From Paraspadella gotoi (taxonomy: Eukaryota; Animalia; Chaetognatha), in contig JBJCIZ010001673.1 in the NCBI GenBank assembly GCA_051294375.1, positions 1 to 55,008 of the forward strand: a stretch of 55,008 nucleotides of DNA. Reading direction: 5' to 3'. A program made the position numbers and the translations under genes. Under the pieces are notes generated by a model. That model was not told where the DNA came from, searched no databases, and saw nothing but the letters and a program-made list of their open reading frames with translations. Position 1 is the stretch's first letter, and the number at the start of each line of letters is the position of its first letter. Below, piece after piece: positions 49,045 through 55,008 of the stretch.

Positions 49045-52000
49045 TTGTTTTGACAATCTCTGGCAATGTGCCCTGGTTTCCCACAGACGTAACACCTCCG
49101 TTTCGTTTCGGGGCTGAATGTAAAACATTAAGAAAAAAAATTTAAGCTTTTAAAGTGGGGTACTCTATAACAATGATTCAAAAATTTGAATACAATTGAG
49201 CATACATTGAACAAAAATGTATACATTTTTGAGAATACTTAAATATATAAAAAAAATTTCAACATAACTTTATACCCTATATATTAATTTTTTAATATTT
49301 ACTATGGATGGGAAAAGTTTTCATAACATCTCAACTTTGAAATCTATGAAAAAAAAATGCTCAGTGAAGAGACAGTAAATATTGTTATGTGTTAGTGACA
49401 GAACCGTTCAATATAAGCAGTCCCTGAGCTTCGGATCAGGCTGTAACACCATGTTACAGGCGGGTTAAGCGCCCCGTCCCTCTTAACTGCTAGGCGGCCA
49501 CCGGGCTAGAACCCCGGACCTTTGACCTTTGGGTTGGGAGGCGAATGACTTGCCTCCGGCACCAATGGCCACTAATGAACGGTTGGTGGACTTTAGTTCA
49601 CCATATCAGATAAGAAAATTTTAAATTTTTATAAGAAGCTTTGATTTTTAAATAGTTGCAAAAAGTTGTCTATTTTTTTATCAGAAATAAAAAAATACTA
49701 ATTAAAATAATAATAATAATTAATAATAATTTTTTTATTTTTTTTTAACTTTTAATGCTTTATCAGAATTATTAAAAAAATATCTGGGGTTAATGTTAGG
49801 TATATAATGTTCATTCAGTCGTATGCATTAAAGCGTAGTAAAAATTTTAAATTTAACTTTAATTTTAATTTATAACCCACTTAATGAAAGAATTTTTAAA
49901 ATTTTTTTACATCAACTTTTGACGAAGAATTCAAATCTGCAATCAAAATTAAGAAAAACCTATTTTGAAATTTTTCGATTTTATAAGGATAGTACTATAT
50001 ATAAATATAGCCTACTGCGAAAATTGAACATAAAATAAATTTTTTTTACAAATTAATGTTTACTGATGGTTAGAGGGTAGTGAAAGTTATATACGGAAAT
50101 TTTAAAAGTCAATTATGAACAACTTACCATCAGTGAACATTAATTTGTAAAAAAAATTAATTTTATGTTTTTTTTAATTTTCGCAGTAGGCTATATTTAT
50201 ATATAATATTATTTTTATAAAATCAAAAATTTCAAAATAGGCTTTTTTTAATTTTTATTTCAGATTTGAATTCCTCGTCAAAAGTTGAAAGAAAATATAA
50301 ATAATTTTTAAAAATTCTTTCATTAAGTGGGTTAAAAATTTAAAAAACTATATTTAATATATAAAAAGTTAATTTTCAGCTTAAAATATAGCTTTTTTAA
50401 TTTTTGACCCACTTAATGAAAGAATTTTTCAAAAAGAGTTATATTTTCTTTTTATCAACTTTTTATGACGAATCCAAATCTGAAAAAAAAATCTTAGAAA
50501 TATATAATGTTGTTTGTTTCTCACTTTTAGAATTTTAATTAAAGTTAAATTTAGAAATTTTACTACGCCTTACAGATGGTATATCGTTCATAATTGACAT
50601 TAAGAATTTTCGTACGTAACTTTCACTACGCTCTAGTATGCATATTTGCGTGTTACATTTCACTTACCTAAAAACTAACTTCATTGTTCCAAATATTCCA
50701 CGGGAGCTGGAAAGGAATAAAATTCTAAAATAAATCTCAAGTAAAGATTTTTTACGAGTCAAAAGTAGTATTTGTTGAACCAAACAATCAGTTGGAATTA
50801 TCTAATAAGTAACAAAAGGTTGCATTGAATAAGATTTAATATTATAAAAATGTTACAAACATTGTGAAAATGATCCATTTATTGTAAAATATATACTTTT
50901 TGACAAATCAGATGATAAACTAAGAGCATGAATCGGCTAGAAATTAATTAAATTAATATTTATGTCAAAAAGCAAGAAAAACATTGAAAGCTTTCATTGT
51001 TTGAATACTAATTACAGAACGCTTCATATTATAAAATTATGATAGTTTTTTATGACCAGAATCTGTTTTGCAAAAAAAAAAAAAAAAAATTATTGAAATT
51101 TGGTACAAATGATCCTTACGTGAATACAATTAGAACTATCGAAGTGAATTTCAATATTTCACCCTTGAGCCGAAATATTTTCTTTTAAATTTTTAAATAT
51201 TTTTAAATATTACACAGACGTTTACTTTTCCAAAAAAATATTTGTTACCACAAAAATATTATTTTACCTTAATTTTCAGCGGTTCAGTCAGATTTTTAAA
51301 AAATAAAATTAAAAAAAATGTCAAACCCCAGGGCCCTGTATCTCTGGTCAGGGGTTGAATATCATTATTAGCCTCAATAGTTCCATTTATATCCACTGTG
51401 GTCACAAAAAACCATAACCTCATTTTCAAACGTGAAGCCTTCTGAATAAATTAGTTTAAATTTAGATTAGTTTAAAGCACTCTACAAATAAACTTTTACT
51501 TACATTATGACTTCCTTGTCTCGTCCTCTTTTTTGGCGAGATTGTCGAGACGCCGCGGCGGGTAGTTCCGAGACGCCGCGGCGGGTTGTCGAAACGACTC
51601 GGCGGGCCGTTGAAACGACTCGACGGGCCGTCTAAACGACTCGCGGGCCGTCTAAACGACTCGGCGGGCCGTCTAAACGACTCGGCGGGCCGTCTAAACG
51701 ACTCGGCGGGCCGTCTAAACGACTCGGCGGGCCGTCTAAACGACTCGGCGGGCCTTCGAGACGGACTCGGCGGGCCTTCGAGACGACTCGGCGGGCCTTC
51801 GAGACGACTCGGCGGGCCTTCGAGAACGACTCGGCGGGCCTTCGAGACGTCACGGTGGGCCGTCGAGACGCCGCAGTCGAGCTAAAAAAAGAGAAAAATT
51901 CACTCTACTTTATGAATGATGTAAAGAAAAATAGGAACAAGCGGAAAGAAGTCAAGGTGACTAGAATTTTTTTTCGCCGACTGGGATTTTGACTTCTTTT

Positions 52001-53915
52001 GAATAACAATTGCAAAAAATATTATTATTATTTTAGAGGCAAAATTTGAGCAAGTTCAACGATTTATTTGTATTGTAACGGACATGTTTCGGCTTTATTT
52101 GCAAGCAAACAGAAAGGATTACAATACAATATTTTTAAAAAAATTACAAACCACCAAATTACCCTTACCTTAAACCCCTTTAACTCTAACCAGCTGGCGT
52201 AAGTAAAATTACGTAATTTGTATATTCATTTTTTATATCAAAGCACACTTTTTAAACAATAATAGACTAATTCAAATTTTTAAAAACTACCATAGAAAAA
52301 ATAAAAAGCGGAAAAATAAAAAAAATAAACAGCAAGGAGAAGAAAAACCACTATCAGCAACTCGAGCAAAACAATTACCTTGAATAGCTTTTGAAGTAAT
52401 GCGGATGAAAATATTTCCTTTTTTCTCTCCCTTTGCATTCCGGATGGTGGAGCGGGAGGAGACGACTGGAATTGGAGAGGCGAAGGCAGAAGGTGGGGGA
52501 ACGATGGGGGCGGGGGAGGAACAAAGGGAGGTGGGGGAGGAACGAAGGGGGGCGGCGGAGGAACGAAGGGGGGCGGCGGAGGAACGAAGGGGGAGGCGGC
52601 GGAGGAACGAAGGGGGGTGGTGGAGGAACGAAGGGGGCCGGCGGAGGAACGTAGGGGGCCGGCGGAGGAACGAAGCGGGACTGCGGAGGAACGAAGCGGG
52701 ACTGCGGAGGAACGTAGGGGGCCGGCGGAGGAACGAAGCGGGACTGCGGAGGAACGAAGCGGGACTGCGGAGGAGCGACGGGGGTCGGCGGAGGAGCGAC
52801 GGGGTCGGCGGAGGAGCGACGGGGGTCGGCGGAGGAGCGACGGGGGTCGGCGGAGGAGCGTCGGGGGTCGGCGGAGGAGCGCGGGGGTCGGCGGAGGAGC
52901 GACGGGGATCGGCGGAGGAACGACGGGGGTCGGCGGAGGAACGACGGGGGTCGGCGGAGTAACGAGTCCCGGAGGCGGGGAAATGAGACCGGGAGGTGGC
53001 GGCGCGTCCGCCTCCATCGCTTCGTCCCTAATGACAGGGCAATTACAGATAAAAAATAATTAATTCATAGATATCTTACATCTAGTATCTATTTTAAAAA
53101 TATAAAATAATTTATGGCTATTTTTTGTTCTTTAGATTAAAAAATCTTGTTTTGGGTTACTTTTACTTTCGCCAACCGGGGATAGGGAGGGGTTAGGGTT
53201 AAGAGTAGTTTAGTGGTGGTTTAGGGTTGAGAGGGTTTAGGGTTAGGGTAATTGGGTTTTATTTTTTTTTATTTTTTCTTAAAAAATAAATATTTTTAAG
53301 TGGCTTTATTAAAGCCGCCAAAACCGCAGTTGGCAAAAGTAAAATTTAGCCCTTGTTTTTTATTGTTGAAACAAAAATAATGGACACGTTTCGGCTCTGA
53401 TGAGATCCTTCTTCAGCGTGAAAAATACTGTTTTGTGAAAATAGTTTTTCACAGAATTTGAGAGTTAGAGAGAAAGAGTGAGAGGGACGAAGATAAAGGT
53501 TTCCAACAAAGAATTGAGAAAAGGACAGTAACAGGTTAAGTAAGGACAAATAGAGTGAGGGAGTGAAAGAGAAATAAAATTTCGTCAAATTATTGAGATA
53601 CAGTGAAATACATTTGGCAATGTAAGTAAACAAAATATTAAAACTCTCTTTCTCTCTCTCACTTCAAATTCTGTAAAAAACTATTTTCACAAAACAATAT
53701 TTTTCGCGCTGAAGAAGGCTCTTACCAGTCCGTTATTTTTGTTTCAATTTTACCGTTGTTTCTAAATAATAATAAAAAACGTAACTACAACTTACTAACA
53801 ACAACGAATTGAAAGAAATTATATATTTTATAATCGAATTACCTTGACCCCGCAGCGGCAACTTCGGCTGCCCAATCAGTTACGGTTGGGACCCAACCAT
53901 ATCCAAATTCGTTCG
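49045..53915 (-). CDS. Multi-exon gene (ends uncertain): Pro-rich and repeat exons plus a CCHC zinc knuckle
   Basis: GT-AG exons: 53915-53843 (NEFGYGWVPTVTDWAAEVAAAG), 53027-52379 (Pro-rich), 51881-51504 (RRPAES repeats), 50706-50668 and 49113-49045 (PETKRRCYVCGKPGHIARDCQN). Several junctions are phase-2 compatible. The repeat exons contain 1-bp frame breaks. Confidence 0.55.
49365..49605 (-). mobile_element. Solo LTR, family A (intronic)
   Basis: TGAAGAGAC...CACCATA flanked by the 4-bp TSD TCAG. Confidence 0.9.
49700..50620. mobile_element. AT-rich foldback DNA-transposon-like repeat (same family as 23800-24700)
   Basis: 49875-50070 and 50125-50340 are inverted copies. GTAGTGAAAGTTA (50078) pairs with TAACTTTCACTAC (50616). 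Confidence 0.6.
51545..51880. repeat. GC-rich 21-bp minisatellite (GACTCGGCGGGCCGTCTAAAC)
   Basis: About 15 tandem units between a minus-strand acceptor (51882) and donor (51503). Confidence 0.9.
52490..52975. repeat. G-rich 21-bp minisatellite (GGCGGAGGAACGAAGGGGGCC variants)
   Basis: About 22 units; the minus strand encodes PPPTPVV/PPPPPFV-type repeats. Confidence 0.9.
53155..53352. mobile_element. MITE-like repeat with an internal TTAGGG tract
   Basis: GGGTTACTTTTACTTTCGCCAAC and GTTGGCAAAAGTAAAATTTAGCCC are terminal inverted repeats. It is homologous to 3361-3700. Confidence 0.7.
53357..53750. mobile_element. Inverted-repeat structure with a hammerhead motif (Penelope pseudo-LTR-like)
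   Basis: The minus strand at 53384-53417 reads CTGAAGA-AGGATCT-catc-AGAGCC-GAAAC-GT-GTC. The inverted arm at 53641-53747 holds a deleted version (CTGAAGAAGGCTCT...GTCCGTTATTTTTGTTTCAA). Confidence 0.7.
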
Positions 53916-55008
53916 CTGTATTAACATAAATATGATATTTTGAATATTATGCATACAATAATATTTTGAATAAATCAAAATTAAAAAAAAATTATATAAC
54001 AAAAATGACGAATTAGGACTTGTGCGTTTTAAAAACGACTTACGGTTGACGTGTGAATTCATTCCTAAAAGATTTCACATCTAGTTTATTTCGGGTATTC
54101 AGAGTTCCTGGTTTCATCGAAAAATAAGTAATGTAAAAGAACCCCCTCCTTTACCTAAGTCCTAACGAAGAGGGAGAAGTCGTCTGGAGAGAAACCGTGT
54201 TGAAGACCGGGATTGCAGGCGCCGTAATGTTTATACAAAGTTTGTTAGACTCGTGAATCGTGATATCTGATTTCGGACTCTTAGTCACAAGGAATTATCA
54301 TTTGAGATCATTTCATCATTTGTGCTTACGTCGTTCGTTACTTCAGTCCTTTCGTCGAGATTCATCATCTTTTTAAATATATTCATTGGTTTCTGAATTT
54401 ATGCTGATTTTTTTTATTTTTTTGAATGTTTAAATACTAATTTTGATAGTTTGTTTGTTTAAATATCTATATGCTTTATTTTATGAAGCTAACCTTTTTA
54501 AACTCTTCATAAACTTTAAGAGAAATAGACTATTTGATCGTCGATCTGCTCAAGAGACCAAGGAGGGCGGACCGGCGGGTCCTAACAGTTTAATTGGGTA
54601 GCTTAATTATAAATTTTCAGTAAATCGTCGCAGCAAGCAAAATAAATACGAAAATATATACAAAATAGAGCGAAAATCTATCTTTTCATTATAATTTTCG
54701 TAAAAAAGAAAAAAAAACTGGCGGGAATAATGTTTACAACAAAAACACTTTTGATTCGTGGACCGCGTTTCGCTCGACGGAAGGCCATGGCTCTCTGATT
54801 GGTTAAGATTACGGTAACGATGTTATGCGCATTCGGGGCCGCGAAGAGAAGAGTTGGAACAAAAAAGCCCTTTTGTTTGTTCTTGTTTCTCATTAAAAAC
54901 ACGTAAATTTTTCGAGTGCTCCACCCAGAAACAAAAGACAAGGTAGTAATCAGGCTATGGGTAACCTGAAAAGAACTAATTAAGACTGGCGACACGCGGG
55001 AATTAAGG

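Overview
This is an AT-rich, intron-containing eukaryotic (probably invertebrate animal) scaffold with N gaps, made up mostly of mobile DNA and repeats. (1) A spliced gene of about 1550 aa (5840-14690, +) fuses a C2H2-like finger, an OTU protease domain and a C-terminal tyrosine recombinase (Crypton-like). It carries a 3-kb 15-bp satellite inside one intron and is followed by orientation-switching arrays of the same satellite, a RecQ helicase exon and a foldback 68-bp satellite. All of this lies in a ~28-kb block (1086-29239) bounded by long inverted repeats. (2) There are two divergent hAT-like DDE/CxxH transposase genes: one intact (42096-45758, -) and one frameshifted (29622-32965, +). An internally deleted copy of the latter lies at 1-1063. 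(3) There are two families of miniature LTR elements with 4-bp TSDs and tRNA-Trp-like primer-binding sites; one carries a tRNA-derived Pol III module inside its LTR. (4) Several inverted-repeat structures contain hammerhead-ribozyme motifs and sit next to degenerate TTAGGG tracts. (5) Other features are an SGNH hydrolase ORF, a LINE remnant, MITEs, and a minus-strand multi-exon gene with coding 21-bp minisatellites and a CCHC knuckle. All family assignments come from motif recognition by eye; no database search was run.
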